Positions 62,926-64,000 of a DNA stretch of 64,000 bases are shown one piece after another. The first letter of the stretch is position 1, and each line of letters begins with the position of its first letter. The stretch is from Ottowia testudinis (GTDB lineage Bacteria > Pseudomonadota > Gammaproteobacteria > Burkholderiales > Burkholderiaceae_C), in contig NZ_CP071796.1 in the NCBI RefSeq assembly GCF_017498525.1, positions 4,098,041-4,162,040 on the forward strand, in the 5' to 3' direction. The notes beneath the pieces were generated by a model. The model ran no database searches. It had not been told where the DNA came from and saw nothing but the letters and a program-made list of their open reading frames with translations. A program made the translations under genes and the position numbers.

Positions 62926-63116
62926 GGCGAATTACGTGCAGTTTACGTCCGGCAACGACTGCAAAGCCTTTGATTATAGGGGTTTGTCCGTGGTCGCCGG
63001 CCGCTGGTCTTGCAGGCCAGTGACCGCGCCGCGCCATACCGCGCGGCGGTGTGGTGCGCGACAATGAACGCCTCCCCTAGCTCCGACCATCGGCGCCCCC
63101 TCGGCGCCGCGCTGCC

Positions 63117-64000
63117 ATGACGACCAGCCCCGCCGCCCAACTGCCGCCCTTGCCCTGCTATGTGAGTGGCGAAATCACCACAATGCCCGAAGCGCGCATC
63201 AGCCCGTTTGATCGCGGCTTCATCTTTGGCGACGGCGTGTACGAGGGCATTTCGATCTACGGCCGCCCCGGTCACACGCCGCAGGCGTTTCGCTTCGACC
63301 AGCACATGGCGCGGCTGGAGCGCAGCCTGGCGGAGACACGCATCCCCAATCCGCACACGCGCGAGCAGTGGCGCCAGATCGCTCTTGATTTAATAGCTGC
63401 CTACGCTCGCTCCACGGGCGCTGCCGGGCAAAAAGATACTCAACTCCAGTCGCAGGATTGGTTCTTCTACTTTCAGGTCACGCGCGGCGTGGCGCTGCGC
63501 GACCACCCGATGATCGAGGGCCTGACGCCCACCGTGTTCGCCACCTGCCTGCCGATGAAGGCGCCCACGCCCGAGCAGCGCGCGCACGGCGTCGCCTGCG
63601 TCACGGCTCAAGATTTCCGCTGGCAGAAGGCGCACATCAAGTCGATCAGCCTGCTGGGCGCGGTGTTCGCGCGCCAGATCAGCTTCGATCAGGACGCGCT
63701 CGAAACCGTGATGTTCCGCGACGGCTTCTTGAGCGAGGCCGCCGCCAGCAACGTCTGGGTGGTCAAAAACGGCGTGGTCATGGGCCCGCCCAAGGACCAC
63801 CTGGTGCTCGAGGGCATCCGTTACGGCGCCATTGCCGAGCTGTGCGCGCAAGAGGGCATCGGCTTCGAGCTGCGCCGCATCCCCAAAAGCGAGGTGCTGG
63901 CGGCCGATGAGTTGATGCTGTCGTCGGCCACCAAGGAGGTGCTGCCGATCACCACGCTCGACGGCCAGCCCGTCGGCACCGGCCAGCCCGGCCCGGTGTA
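63117..64000 (+). CDS. Class IV (D-amino acid / branched-chain) aminotransferase, partial; continues beyond the window
   Basis: FDRGFIFGDGVYEGISIYG PLP-fold-type IV motif. No stop before position 64000. Confidence 0.75.
   Translation, partial: MTTSPAAQLPPLPCYVSGEITTMPEARISPFDRGFIFGDGVYEGISIYGRPGHTPQAFRFDQHMARLERSLAETRIPNPHTREQWRQIALDLIAAYARSTGAAGQKDTQLQSQDWFFYFQVTRGVALRDHPMIEGLTPTVFATCLPMKAPTPEQRAHGVACVTAQDFRWQKAHIKSISLLGAVFARQISFDQDALETVMFRDGFLSEAAASNVWVVKNGVVMGPPKDHLVLEGIRYGAIAELCAQEGIGFELRRIPKSEVLAADELMLSSATKEVLPITTLDGQPVGTGQPGPV

Overview
This window is high-GC (about 68-70%) chromosomal DNA. Gene content and order (gatCAB divergent from mreBCD-mrdA, F1Fo ATP synthase operon atpIBEFHAGDC, two RND efflux systems, AmpG, OmpR-type two-component system) point to a Betaproteobacteria / Burkholderiales-like genome. 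That placement is inferred from protein sequence resemblance and is not verified. About 60 protein-coding genes and one tRNA-Arg(CCG) are supportable. I see no rRNA, CRISPR array, integrase or transposase.

Two things stand out.

(1) A minus-strand cluster at about 24.4-35.7 kb encodes YjfI-like -> PspA/IM30 -> small ORF -> NfeD/YqiJ-like membrane protein -> flotillin (SPFH) -> four-CxxC zinc-ribbon protein -> a giant 1866-1869 aa AAA+ ATPase. The PspA-family protein has an ESCRT-III-like fold. The ATPase is mostly helical and low-complexity, with a MoxR/AAA_5-like ATPase core near residue 1400. The giant gene is symmetrically bracketed by two types of palindromic element. This is my best candidate for an uncharacterised membrane-remodelling or stress system.

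(2) The window is unusually rich in at least four families of small structured repeats:
- Family A is a 35-40 bp GC palindrome, AGCTGCTCGCGCTTG-n(5-8)-CAAGCGCGAGCAGCT, with AT-rich arms. There are at least 17 copies, including apparently in-frame intragenic ones.
- Family B is a roughly 110 bp triple-hairpin element with compensatory base changes. It has 4 copies, all oriented antisense to the flanking operon.
- Family C is a 100-200 bp MITE-like element whose terminal inverted repeats are built from tandem 10-mers that co-vary between arms. It has 4 copies.
- Family D consists of two long CGTAGGG...CCCTACG palindromes flanking the giant ATPase gene.

A, B and C copies cluster around the tRNA-Arg gene.

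Other notable points: a duplicated pair of unknown proteins flanks a small SAM-methyltransferase next to a large adenylate-cyclase/STAND-ATPase gene and Crp-like and LuxR-like regulators. A catalase gene sits where rodA is normally found after mrdA.
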